Assembly (NCBI GenBank): GCA_965116765.1
Contig: OZ220718.1
Location: forward strand, 1,391,672-1,455,671
Length of the DNA: 64,000 nt
Reading direction: 5' to 3'
Origin: Vicinamibacterales bacterium
GTDB taxonomy: Bacteria > Acidobacteriota > Vicinamibacteria > Vicinamibacterales > UBA8438
In this document: piece by piece, positions 1-9,148 of the stretch
Layout: every line of letters begins with the position of its first letter
Position numbering within the stretch: position 1 is the first letter of the stretch
Program-made: the position numbers and the translations under genes
Notes under the pieces: model-generated
Databases searched by the model: none
What the model saw: the letters and a program-made list of their open reading frames with translations, nothing else
Told to the model about the DNA's origin: nothing

Positions 1-1
1 C

Positions 2-292
2 GACGGCCACACCCTGACCGACGGCGAGCGCGTCGTGAACATCTACCCAGTCCTGCGCCTCGGGCACGTCGGCACCATGCTCATCGTGCACCTGCCGGCC
101 GAGCGCATCCTGATCAACGCCGACCTCTACTCGCCGCCCGCGCCGGGGGCCGACGTGCCCGCCGTCACCCCCAACATGCGCAGCCTCGCCCACAACATCG
201 AGCAGCTCGGCCTCGACGTGGCCCGCCACGTCGGCGTCCATGGCCTCGTCGGCTCGCACGTGGACTTCATGCGGCTGATCGAGGGCGAATAG
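2..292 (+). CDS. MBL-fold metallo-hydrolase, C-terminal fragment (5' end outside the window)
   Basis: The frame is open from the left edge to TAG at 290-292. ...LIVHLPAERILINADLYSP...RHVGVHGLVGS resembles the last metal-ligand strands of MBL-fold hydrolases. Only about 96 aa are visible. Confidence 0.45.
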   Translation, partial: DGHTLTDGERVVNIYPVLRLGHVGTMLIVHLPAERILINADLYSPPAPGADVPAVTPNMRSLAHNIEQLGLDVARHVGVHGLVGSHVDFMRLIEGE

Positions 293-492
293 GCGCGCCG
301 CGCCGCGGCGGCTCGGGGCGACCGACCGCCGGCACGGGCTCGTGTCGGGGCCGCGGGCGGATATCGTCGACCGCCGGCTCCTCCCGGCCCCGGGACGGGA
401 GCCAAGAACCGCCCTCCCGGGGTCACGAACGTGATGTCGTCGGTACCAGTCCTGTGTTATCGTAGACACAGGCGCGGATCGAGGCGACAGCA

Positions 493-1590
493 GTGTCGCA
501 ACGCCGCGCCGGGGCAGGACCCATGACGACCTCCGGAACCACAATCCCCCGATCTACGCCGTCCAGTTCCCGTTCCGCGTCGGCGACGCCGCCAGCCGAC
601 GCGGTCGCGGCGCCGGCGCTCGGCGCCGACGCGGCCGCATCGCCGGCCCCCGACCCCGAGGAGTTCCCCGGCTGCCGCGCCATACGCATCACCCGCGAGG
701 AGATCGACGACCACGAAGGACGCATCGAGTACTGGGACGCCGCCACCGAGATCGCGATGGTGTGCGAGCAGATCAGCGTCTACCACGAGCATCCGTCGCA
801 GCGCGTGGCGCACATGGCCGCTTTGATCGCGGTGACGCGGGGTTCGCCCATCGAGACCTTCGGCCACGCGGACCTGCTGTTGCGCGACGAACGCGGTGAG
901 CGGCGACGCATCCTGCAGGCGGACCAGACGGTGTACTTGCACCCGGAGCGGGACCGTCCCGCGGGCGCCTCCATGGTGGTCGGCGAAGACACCCTGCCGG
1001 ACGTGATCGTGGAGGTCGATCACACTACCGACGTACGCCGCCGCAAGCTGGCGCTGTACGAGTCCTGGGGGCTGCCCGAGGTGTGGGTGGAGGTGCCGGA
1101 CGCTGAGTCCCCCGGCCGGGCCTCGAGTCGCGAGCCGGGCGTGACCATCCACGTCCTGCACCCGGACGGCTCCTACCGCGAATCGGCCGAGAGCCGTGCG
1201 TTTCCCGGCTGGACGGCGTCGGAGATTCACCGGGCCATGAACGAACCGACGCTGTCGGTCGAGACCATGGCGGTCCTCGATCGGGTCGCTCGGGCGCTCC
1301 GCACCCGCGACGGCGACCGCGCGGGCGACGCGCCCTTTCTCCGCCACGTGCGTGCGGAGAGTCATGCCGCGGGCCGGGCGGAAGGCCGGGCGGAAGGCCA
1401 CGCCGGTCAAAGGACCCTGCTGTGCCGCCTGGCGGCCCGGCGGTTCGGCGCGGGGACGGCGGAACGCCTGGCCGACCTCATCGCCCGCGTGGAGGACCCC
1501 GACCGCCTGGCCGAGGTCGGCGACTGGATCGTCACCTGCGCTTCGGGCCGGGAGTTGCTGGATCGCTGCTCGCGCTCCCGGTCGCCCTGA
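493..1590 (+). CDS. Uma2-family (DUF820) PD-(D/E)xK endonuclease fused to a DUF4351-like C-terminal domain
   Basis: 365-aa ORF. The Uma2 core is readable (RIEYWD...HPSQRV...ADQTVYLHP...PDVIVEVDHTTD...KLALYESWGLPEVWVEV). The C-terminus, RTLLCRLAARRFGAGTAERLADLIARVEDPDRLAEVGDWIVTCASGRELLD, matches the pattern of the DUF4351 tail of Rpn/YhgA nucleases. The start is uncertain (493 or ATG at 523) and the N-terminus is low complexity. Confidence 0.7.
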   Translation: MSQRRAGAGPMTTSGTTIPRSTPSSSRSASATPPADAVAAPALGADAAASPAPDPEEFPGCRAIRITREEIDDHEGRIEYWDAATEIAMVCEQISVYHEHPSQRVAHMAALIAVTRGSPIETFGHADLLLRDERGERRRILQADQTVYLHPERDRPAGASMVVGEDTLPDVIVEVDHTTDVRRRKLALYESWGLPEVWVEVPDAESPGRASSREPGVTIHVLHPDGSYRESAESRAFPGWTASEIHRAMNEPTLSVETMAVLDRVARALRTRDGDRAGDAPFLRHVRAESHAAGRAEGRAEGHAGQRTLLCRLAARRFGAGTAERLADLIARVEDPDRLAEVGDWIVTCASGRELLDRCSRSRSP

Positions 1591-1684
1591 GAATGGCGCC
1601 GCCTCTGGAGTGGATGGGACGGCCCTCGTCTCGCCAACAAGACGCCGACCCGCTGGCCGCGCTCCGCCCGGACGGCGGCGGCAC

Positions 1685-2741
1685 TCAGCCAACGGTGTGC
1701 ACTCCGCCAATCAAGGCCAGCATCTCCTGGTGGATGCCGGGCCAGGGCTGCCCGAGATCGACGCTCCGAGCCCCGATCGAGAAACCCTCCAGGCGGAGGT
1801 CAATCGCCAACCGCTCGCCGACCATCGGGTACAGCAGGACTCCCTCGTGCCGCGGTCCCGGCTCCGTCGCCTCGCGGTTGCGCAGGTACGCCAACAGCTG
1901 ATAGAGGTGGTCGGAACGGAGCTTCCTGGCGCCCCGGTAGCCCGCCAGCGCCTCGCCGTAGTACTTCGTGTCCATGACGATCCGACGCGCCGACGAGTCG
2001 AGAAGCACGTCCCCCTCCATCTGCGGGATCGTCAGGCGATGATGGTCGGCCGTGCCGCCGTCGTCCCACCGGATGCGCCGTCCGCCCGGGTTCACCCGAA
2101 ACTCGCGCTGCTCGCGGCGATAGAACTCGGTGACGAAGTCCTCGAACAGCTTCCACATCCGCGCCCGGTCCCTGCGGAAGTCCGTGAACCGTGCATGGCC
2201 GGACGTCTCGTCCACGAGCAGGCACTCGTGAACGAGCCGGCACACGGAGAGCAGGAACCGATAGCGGCGGCGGTTCCGATCCAGTTGCAGCTGTCCGAAC
2301 AGCCGCCGGCTCAGACGCACGACGCTCACGCCCTCCAGCGCGCGATACGCCAGCCTGACACGGTCCCGCACGCCCCGATCCAGATCCACGATTCTCAGGA
2401 GCGCCGCGAGCGTCGGAACGGAGGATGCGGTTGTGAAGCACGTCGTGCGACAGCTCCTCGAAGTCGCAGGCCACGCGGCCGCGGGACCGCAACGCGCGCG
2501 CCGCCGTGTCGCTCAGGGCGACCTTGCCCCGGATGCCGGCCAGGTCTTCCCGCACCTCGCGATAGCCGCGATCGAGGCCGCGCCGAATCAGGCGTAGAGT
2601 CCCCGCGGCCAGGAGGTGGCCGAGCAGATCGTGGACCCGGCCCAAGCCATCGAGGTCCTCCAGCCGCACCACGTCCGACTCCTCGGCGTGGCCCCAGGCG
2701 TAGCACAGCAGGTAGTAGACGTTGGCGATGGGGATGTTCAC
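1685..2741 (-). pseudogene. mcrC: McrC-like restriction endonuclease subunit, frameshifted as assembled
   Basis: The N-terminal half is in the frame of ORF 1800..2741 (NIPIANVYYLLCYAWGHAEE...HNRILRS). The C-terminal half is in the frame of ORF 1685..2389 (TLAALLRIVDLDRG...RRIVMDTKYY..., i.e. the PD-(D/E)xK D-x-K motif). A one-base frame change lies near 2425-2435. The GTG start overlaps the upstream stop (GTGA at 2738-2741). Confidence 0.8.
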
Positions 2742-3506
2742 TGCCGCAGCAGCTCCGCCAGCTCTTCCGCACGCTCCGGTCGGTCGAACCAGTACTCGCG
2801 CAGCAGCGTCCGGTCGATAGCGAGGTCATCGCGATCGACCGGCAGCGCCTCGCCCCATTTCCGGGCGAAGCCCTTGGCGATCTGCCGTTTCCAACCCGTC
2901 ACGGCGACGGGTTCGAACGAGGCCGGAAACAGCAGGAACAACAACGCATTCCGAAACGCGCGCCGCTGTAGCAGTCCCCCTGCGGCGAGCCATTCGGCGA
3001 ACCCCCACGCATCATTCGAGAGTGCGTCGCGTCGGGGCCGCGGCAGGGAGAACCAGACGATCATCGCGGATACGATGCCGCACACTTCGCGCCAGCGGCC
3101 GGCGAAGGTCCCGCCGCCGAAAATGCGAGCATCCCGTCAGAACCTCCTCGTGAAGCGCCCAGTGATCTTCCGGAAGCGCCGCTCCGGACCATTCCCAGAC
3201 CCTGGCGATCTGGTCACGCTTCCTCTCCGGCGGAATCTCGCTCGCGATGAGATAGAACGCCCATGTCATCTCGGCCCAGAGGCGTTTCGCTTCCGGCGAC
3301 GCAGGGTCGATCAGACGCCGCAGCCTCTTCCAGAAGCTGTCCGATCCATCGTGGGCGTTCTCGACGACGTGAACGCGGAGCTGCTCGAAACGATCTCGCG
3401 TCCACAGCCGTTCGTCCGTGAACAGCGATCCGCCGTCGAGCAGGCACCGCTGCTTCCACCGCTCGGCGGCGTCGAGGATGACATTCGCCTGCTGCCTGCT
3501 CATCAC
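2738..3506 (-). pseudogene. McrB-type N-terminal-domain protein lacking any P-loop/AAA+ module, frameshifted as assembled
   Basis: ORF 3012..3506 (LFTDERLWTRDRFEQL...RLWAEMTWAFYLI...) and ORF 2738..3085 (...AFRNALLFLLFPASFEPVAVTGWKRQIAKGFARKW...) together resemble, from memory, the N-terminal region of long McrB-like AAA proteins. The frame change is near 3110-3135. No Walker A/B motif appears in any frame between 2738 and 3506. Confidence 0.5.
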
Positions 3507-3678
3507 GTGTCCCTGACAGGAGAGGAACGGAGGGTCATCACGGGCGCCCGGTTGGGACTAGCGACTGCTGACTGCGCCGCGCACTCGAGACATGCGGAAC
3601 GGCATCGCGGGTGGGATCGATTGGCGGCGGGCGGCCGCCGAAGAACGACGACGACTGACGGGAACGCAAACGCCCCGC

Positions 3679-4233
3679 TCACCCGAAGATATCCTCCACC
3701 GCAAAGTCGAGCTCGGCGACCGCGCTCGCCTTGATTCGCTCTCCGCACCGCAGCACCTGCTCGCGGGCGTATCCCTCCGGGCCGGGGCCGGTGTACGCCG
3801 TCACGGTCCGGGCGTCGATGTCCACGACCCAGGTCTCGGGTATGCCGGCCTTGCCGTAACGAGGGACCTTTTCCCCCCGATCGTACTGCAGCGAGGAATC
3901 CGCCACCTCGATGACCAGCAGAAGGTCGCCGGCGTCGGGATGCCGATGCGTGTACGCCTGCGTCCTGCGCGCGACAGACAGATCCGGTTGCGGCTCGGTA
4001 TGCGGACCGAGTCGAATCGGCCCCTGAACACGCAGATGCGCGGCCTCCGCCAGGCGGGTCGCGATCAGCACCGTCAGGCGGTCGACGATCCACGCGTGAA
4101 GAGGACCGATCGGGGTCATCTCCCGTACCTCCCCATCGATGAGCTCCACGCGGTCGTCCTCCGAGAGGATGCCGGCTTCACCCATGCGCGCGAAGTCGTC
4201 GACGGTGAAGCGGTGGATACCTGCGACTGCCAT
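3679..4233 (-). CDS. Uma2-family (DUF820) endonuclease
   Basis: Intact 184-aa ORF: FTVDDFARMGEAGILSEDDRVELIDGEVREMTPIGPLH...PDLSV...DLLLVIEVADSSLQYDRGEKVPRYGKAGIPETWVVD. This is the canonical Uma2 layout. Confidence 0.85.
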   Translation of the reverse strand: MAVAGIHRFTVDDFARMGEAGILSEDDRVELIDGEVREMTPIGPLHAWIVDRLTVLIATRLAEAAHLRVQGPIRLGPHTEPQPDLSVARRTQAYTHRHPDAGDLLLVIEVADSSLQYDRGEKVPRYGKAGIPETWVVDIDARTVTAYTGPGPEGYAREQVLRCGERIKASAVAELDFAVEDIFG

Positions 4234-4459
4234 GGAGCGCCATCCTGAAGGTGGCTTCGGCCGACCGTGTGCCGCCCATCATATCAGCCGGGACGACCCG
4301 TCAGGTGCGGCCCGACCCGCTGGATGTGCCCCGACGGCCTTGGGGTCACGGGCGAGCCGCCCTTGCGCGGCCCGCCCGGAGCGCGAGTCAAGAGCAGATC
4401 TTCATCGAGCGATGAGGCCCGTTCGAGGCCCGCTTTCATGCCCCATCGCGGTCGAAGCC

Positions 4460-6433
4460 TCACGGCAGCGTGAAAGCGATCAACTCCCCGTGGTAACTCC
4501 CGCCGCCCACGGCCAGCACCAGGTACTGCCGCCCGTCGAGCATGTAGGTCATCGGCGACCCCGTCTGCGCGGCGGGCAGATACACCGCCCCCCGCTCCTC
4601 CCCCGTCGCCTTGTCGTAGGCGCGCAGCATGGCCCCGCGTGCGCCGGACGGCGTGGTGACCGTCCCCCCCTCGCCGCTGATGACCAGGGTCTTCGTGGTC
4701 AGGGTGCCGATGCCGCCCGAGCTGCCGCCGGCGCCCCCGGTGCGGCCGGTGCGCGGGATGTCGAGGCCGCGCAGGGCGGGATGGTTGCGCACGAAGTCGG
4801 GGGTCTCGCCGTGCGCGATCTGCCACACGATCTCGCCCTCGTTGAGGTCGATGGCGGTGATGCGGCCCCACGGCGGCTTCATCATCGGCAGCCCCCGCAC
4901 CGTGGGCGGGCGCAGGCGGCCGCTGACGTAGTCCATGTCCGACCGCTCGGGGTCGTTGACGAGGCCGATGGCCCGGTTGAGGGTGTGGGAGTACAGGTAC
5001 AGCATGCCGGTGTCGGGGTCGAACGAGCCGCCCGGCCAGTTGGCGCCGTTGGGCACGAACAGGGTCGCGAGCAGCCCGTCCTGCCCGCGCACGATGGGCG
5101 GGGTGAACACGGGTCCGGTGCGGTAGCGCGACGCGATCTCGAGGGCCTCGGCGTGCAGCTCGGGGGTGAAGTCGATCAGCTCGTCGAGGGTGAACCCCTG
5201 CCGCTCGAACGGCGGGGGCTTGGTGGGGAACGGCTGGGTCGGCGAGTACCACTCGCCGGGAACGTCCCCCGCCGGCACGGGCCGCTCCTCGATGGGCCAG
5301 ACCGGCTCGCCGGTGACGCGGTCGAACACGTACACCCATCCCTGCTTGACGGGCTGGGCCACCGCCTTGATCTCGCGGCCGCCGACGGTGATGTCGACGA
5401 GGATCGGCGGGCACGGCACGTCGTAGTCCCAGATGGGATGGTGCACGAACTGGAAGTGCCAGAGCCGCTCGCCGGTCTCGAGGTCGACGGCGACGAGGCT
5501 CTCGGCGAACAGGTTGTCGCCGGGCCGGTGGCCGCCGTAGTAGTCGCCGGTGGGGATCTCGATCGGGAGGTAGGCGATGCCCAGCTCCTCGTCGACGGTC
5601 AGGTTGGTCCAGATCCCGGTGTTCCCGGTGTAGACGGCGGAGTCGTTCAGCCACGTCTCGCGCCCGAACTGGCCGGGCCGCGGAATGGTGTGGAAGATCC
5701 ACCGCCGCTCGCCGGTGCGGGCGTCGTAGCCACGGATGTAGCCCTTGACGTTCTCGCGGCTCGGGGGCGACCCGCCGGAGCGGTGCGAGGCCCCCACGAT
5801 GACCACGTCGCGGGCGACGACGGGGGCGCTGTTCCACCCGATCTCGCCGGTCAGCGGATCGATGAACTGGTCGTTGTCGCGCTTGAGGTCGACGATGCCG
5901 TCGACGCCGAACCCCGGCACCGGCCGCCCCGTCCGGGCGTCGAGCCCGACGAGCTGGTAGCCGATGGTGACCAGGTAGATGCGCTCGTCGCCCTCGCCGT
6001 CGGTCCAGTAGGCGACGCCGCGGCCCGACATGCGGCGGATGGCGTTCGTCCCCCGCTGCCCCTCGTCGAGCCGGTAGACCCACAGCAGCTCGCCGGTGGC
6101 CGCGTCGAGCGCCACCACGTTGCGGCGGCTGCCGGCGGTGGCGTAGAGCACGCCGTCGACCATCAGCGGCGTGGCCTGGTAGTTGAAGTCGGGGAACGGC
6201 CCGAGGTTGGTGGTGCGGAAGCGCCACTCCACCTCGAGGTCGTCGAAGTTGTCGCCGTCGATCTGATCGAGCGGCGCGTAGCGGGTGCTGCCCAGGTCGC
6301 CGCCGTACGTCCGCCACTCGCCGCCGGCGGCGCCGTGCTGGGCGAAGCCCGCCGGCGCGCCGCAGAGCAGGAGCACCACCGCCACCGCCCCGGCGCGCAC
6401 ACCCACGCCGCTCACGTCTGCTCGTGCTGACAT
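4460..6433 (-). CDS. PQQ-dependent dehydrogenase (glucose/quinate-type 8-bladed propeller), secreted
   Basis: 657 aa from the ATG at 6433, preceded by GGGAGA. There is a signal peptide (AVAVVLLLCGAPAGFAQ). Motifs: GGEWRTYGGDLGSTRYAPLDQI, repeated W-motif blades, HFQFVHHPIWDYDVPCPPILVD. Full-length paralogue of 43052..45025. Confidence 0.85.
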   Translation of the reverse strand: MSARADVSGVGVRAGAVAVVLLLCGAPAGFAQHGAAGGEWRTYGGDLGSTRYAPLDQIDGDNFDDLEVEWRFRTTNLGPFPDFNYQATPLMVDGVLYATAGSRRNVVALDAATGELLWVYRLDEGQRGTNAIRRMSGRGVAYWTDGEGDERIYLVTIGYQLVGLDARTGRPVPGFGVDGIVDLKRDNDQFIDPLTGEIGWNSAPVVARDVVIVGASHRSGGSPPSRENVKGYIRGYDARTGERRWIFHTIPRPGQFGRETWLNDSAVYTGNTGIWTNLTVDEELGIAYLPIEIPTGDYYGGHRPGDNLFAESLVAVDLETGERLWHFQFVHHPIWDYDVPCPPILVDITVGGREIKAVAQPVKQGWVYVFDRVTGEPVWPIEERPVPAGDVPGEWYSPTQPFPTKPPPFERQGFTLDELIDFTPELHAEALEIASRYRTGPVFTPPIVRGQDGLLATLFVPNGANWPGGSFDPDTGMLYLYSHTLNRAIGLVNDPERSDMDYVSGRLRPPTVRGLPMMKPPWGRITAIDLNEGEIVWQIAHGETPDFVRNHPALRGLDIPRTGRTGGAGGSSGGIGTLTTKTLVISGEGGTVTTPSGARGAMLRAYDKATGEERGAVYLPAAQTGSPMTYMLDGRQYLVLAVGGGSYHGELIAFTLP

Positions 6434-6725
6434 CGTTTCGTCTCCCACGCGGCCGCCGCAATCCGCGGCGTCGCCCGGCAATCGCGATTCACGACGACGG
6501 CCGGCGCCGACGGCGATGGCCGCACCACCGGCCGGTATCCCGATAGACTACCGTAGCCGCTTCCGTGCGGCACGTTGATCCGAGCCGTCCTCGTCTTCGC
6601 CCTCCGAGCGTCACTCTTCGTCCGAGAAAGCGGCCCACCCCGGTCAAGGAGATTGGAGTCTGGACCCTCCGGCCATCGTCCATGATAGGCTCCGAAGCCA
6701 TGTTCCGTCCGCGAGGGAGACACCC

Positions 6726-7331
6726 ATGAGGAAGATCATCGCCGTGGTCGCGGTGCTCGTTGCGGCATCCGAGGCGCCGGCGGCGCAGGCGGTCTGGAAC
6801 GCCGAAGACATCGGCGGCGGCGCGGAGTTTCGGCTCGCCAACGACGAGGGGGCGGCGATCATTCTCGTGTGCCAGCGCGCCGGCGTGAGCGCCGGGTTCG
6901 AGTTTCCCACGCTCCCGGGACCCGCCGACGGCGCCGCGATTCGCGGGTTGCCCGGCGGAGATCGGCAGAACGTCACGGTAGCGCCCGTCAACGACCACGT
7001 GTTCCGAGTGACGAGCGGCCGCGGGCTCGAGGCGCTCCTGCGGTTGCTGCGAGGCGCCCCCATTCTCGACGTGCGCGCGGGCGCCGCGCGGGCGTCCTTC
7101 CAGGTGTTCGGGAGCGCCCACATCGTCCACCAATGCCTGCAGCGCCAGGATGCTGCTTATTTGGGGGAGGTGCGGCGGGTCCGCACCAACGAGGAGATTG
7201 CGGAGGCCCGCGAACGGCAGGCTCTGGAGCGCGAACGGCGCGAACGGGAGCGCGAACGGCGCGAACGGCAGGCTCTGGAGCGCGAACGGCGCGAACGGGA
7301 GCGCGAACGGCGCGAACCCGCGCCTGAGTGA
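6726..7331 (+). CDS. secreted hypothetical protein with an Arg/Glu-rich repeat tail
   Basis: 201-aa ORF with a signal peptide (MRKIIAVVAVLVAASEAPAAQA). The C-terminus is RERQALERERRERERER repeated twice. I recognise no family. Confidence 0.55.
   Translation: MRKIIAVVAVLVAASEAPAAQAVWNAEDIGGGAEFRLANDEGAAIILVCQRAGVSAGFEFPTLPGPADGAAIRGLPGGDRQNVTVAPVNDHVFRVTSGRGLEALLRLLRGAPILDVRAGAARASFQVFGSAHIVHQCLQRQDAAYLGEVRRVRTNEEIAEARERQALERERRERERERRERQALERERRERERERREPAPE
7209..7310 (+). repeat. perfect 51-bp x2 in-frame tandem duplication inside CDS 6726..7331
   Basis: cgcgaacggcaggctctggagcgcgaacggcgcgaacgggagcgcgaacgg occurs twice back to back, followed by a partial third start (cgcgaac). Confidence 0.95.
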
Positions 7332-7724
7332 GGAAGCCCCCGCGGCGCCGTCGAGTCGGTCGATGGGACCGCCTCCGCCCATCGCGACCCGCGCGAGCGG
7401 GGCATTCGTCAGGGACGCACGCCGCGTCGATCGGGCCGCCGGCGCTTCGCCTGCCAGCGTAGCGCGCACCACTCGTCCAGTGTCATCGCAGCCTCGGTCC
7501 CCGAACTCGATCGCGGTCGGGGCGGGGCCGCGCGCCGACGACGGCCTCAGCCTGAACGCGACGCTGGTCGCCATCCGGCCGAACCGAGCGTGCCCCAACG
7601 CCTTCCGGCAGCCTGCGCAGGCACGCCGCGGCGGCACGTTGATTCCGCCTCATCGGTCCACTACGATAGGAGCTACGCATCCCGCATCGCCGTCACATCG
7701 CCGTCTCGTGAGGAGACCGACCTG

Positions 7725-9146
7725 ATGCCTGCATCGAGCTTCCGTTGGTTCGCGGCCGGTCTGGCCGCCGCCGTCGCCATGAGCGCCCCGCCGGCCACGG
7801 CCCAGTCCGGGAACGAGGCGGACGCCGTCACCTACCACCGGGACATCGCGCCCATCCTCGAGCGGAGCTGCCAGAACTGCCACCGCCCCGAGTCGGTGGC
7901 GCCGATGTCGCTGCTGAGCTACGAGGACGTGCGGCCCTGGGCGCGGTCCATCAAGTACCGCACCGGGCGGGTCGGCAAGCCGGACGTGATGCCGCCGTGG
8001 TACATCGAGAAGGACGTCGGCATCCAGGACTACAAGGGCGACATCTCGCTGAGCGCCGAGGAGATCGCGCTCATCGCGGCGTGGGTCGACGACGGCGCGC
8101 CGCGCGGCGAGCCCGTCGACCGGCCGGCCGTGACCCGCGTGGTCGACGCGTCGGGCTGGCAGATCGGCGAGCCGGATCTCATCGTGCGGTCCCCGGAGAT
8201 CGAGGTCTCGGCGACGGCTCCCGACTGGTGGGGGCCGATCGGCGAGTCGGAGACCGGCCTGACCGAGGACCGCTACGTCTCGGCCGTCGAGATGCGCGAG
8301 CTGAGCACCTACGAGGGACCGGCCGAGCGCGACACCATCGGCGGGCTCTACGTCATCCACCACCTCGTCGTGCTGCCCGTCGGCCCCGACGGACGGCCGG
8401 TCGCGGAGGCCGGCTTCTGGCCGGTCCACGAGGTGGGGCGCAACCCCGACGTATTCCACCCCGACGCCGGCAAGCTGCTGAAGGCGGGCTCGAAGATCCT
8501 CTTCCCGTCCGCCCACCTGCACTCGAACGGGCGCCACACCCGCGCCCAGCTCGAGATGGGGTTCAAGTTCCACCCCGAGGGCTACGAGCCGTCGCGGACG
8601 GTGCAGATCATCGGCCCCGCCACCGTCGAGCTCGACATCCGGCCGATGGAGGCCGACCAGGAGTTCGAGGCGTTCAGCACCCTGATGGAGCACACCAAGA
8701 TGATGGTGTACGAGCCCCACATGCACGCGGCCGGGGTGCGCATGTGCCTCGACGCGATCTGGCAGAACAACGTCGAGACCCTGAGCTGCGCCGGCTACAA
8801 CCACAACTGGGTGCGCGTGTACACCTTCGAGGACGACGCGGCGCCGCTGCTGCCGCGGGGCACCATCCTCCGCATCAGGGGCTACTTCGACAACACGCCG
8901 GGCAACCCCAACGTGTCCGACCCGCGGAACTGGTCGGGGCTGGGCCACCGCTCGATCGACAACATGATGATCAACATCGGGCAGGCGGTGTCGCTGACCG
9001 ACCAGGAGTTCGCCGACGAGATGGCGGCGCGACGCGAGCGCCTGGGCCTCGCGCCGGGAGAGACGGTCATCGGGTGCCCGCTGTGCGGATACCCGAACCC
9101 GTCCGACCTGGTGCCGGCCGCGGCCGACAACACCGAGGGGCAGTAG
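7725..9146 (+). CDS. mono-haem cytochrome c domain fused to a PHM/DBH-like copper monooxygenase-type domain, secreted
   Basis: ATG at 7725 follows GAGGAG. Signal peptide present. One CxxCH (CQNCH) lies in YHRDIAPILERSCQNCHRPESVAPMSLLSYEDVRPWARSI...MPPWYIEK. The C-terminal part carries IHH, AHLH, PHMHAAG and a conserved Met region (SIDNMM). Paralogue at 54941..56251. Confidence 0.75.
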   Translation: MPASSFRWFAAGLAAAVAMSAPPATAQSGNEADAVTYHRDIAPILERSCQNCHRPESVAPMSLLSYEDVRPWARSIKYRTGRVGKPDVMPPWYIEKDVGIQDYKGDISLSAEEIALIAAWVDDGAPRGEPVDRPAVTRVVDASGWQIGEPDLIVRSPEIEVSATAPDWWGPIGESETGLTEDRYVSAVEMRELSTYEGPAERDTIGGLYVIHHLVVLPVGPDGRPVAEAGFWPVHEVGRNPDVFHPDAGKLLKAGSKILFPSAHLHSNGRHTRAQLEMGFKFHPEGYEPSRTVQIIGPATVELDIRPMEADQEFEAFSTLMEHTKMMVYEPHMHAAGVRMCLDAIWQNNVETLSCAGYNHNWVRVYTFEDDAAPLLPRGTILRIRGYFDNTPGNPNVSDPRNWSGLGHRSIDNMMINIGQAVSLTDQEFADEMAARRERLGLAPGETVIGCPLCGYPNPSDLVPAAADNTEGQ

Positions 9147-9148
9147 CG

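Noticed and set aside
4139-6430. 763-aa plus-strand ORF (and similar ORFs at 14659..17271 minus, 42986..45073 plus, 58626..60659 minus)
   Set aside because: All are mirror-strand ORFs of clearly homologous genes (PQQ dehydrogenases, molybdoenzyme, FAD oxidase). Their composition is typical of antisense frames in high-GC genomes.
4460-6433. Lanthanide-type D-x-D inference for the glucose/quinate-type PQQ dehydrogenases (also 43052..45025)
   Set aside because: WDYD also occurs around the catalytic Asp in Ca/Mg-dependent glucose-dehydrogenase-type enzymes, so the motif is not diagnostic outside the methanol/ethanol family.
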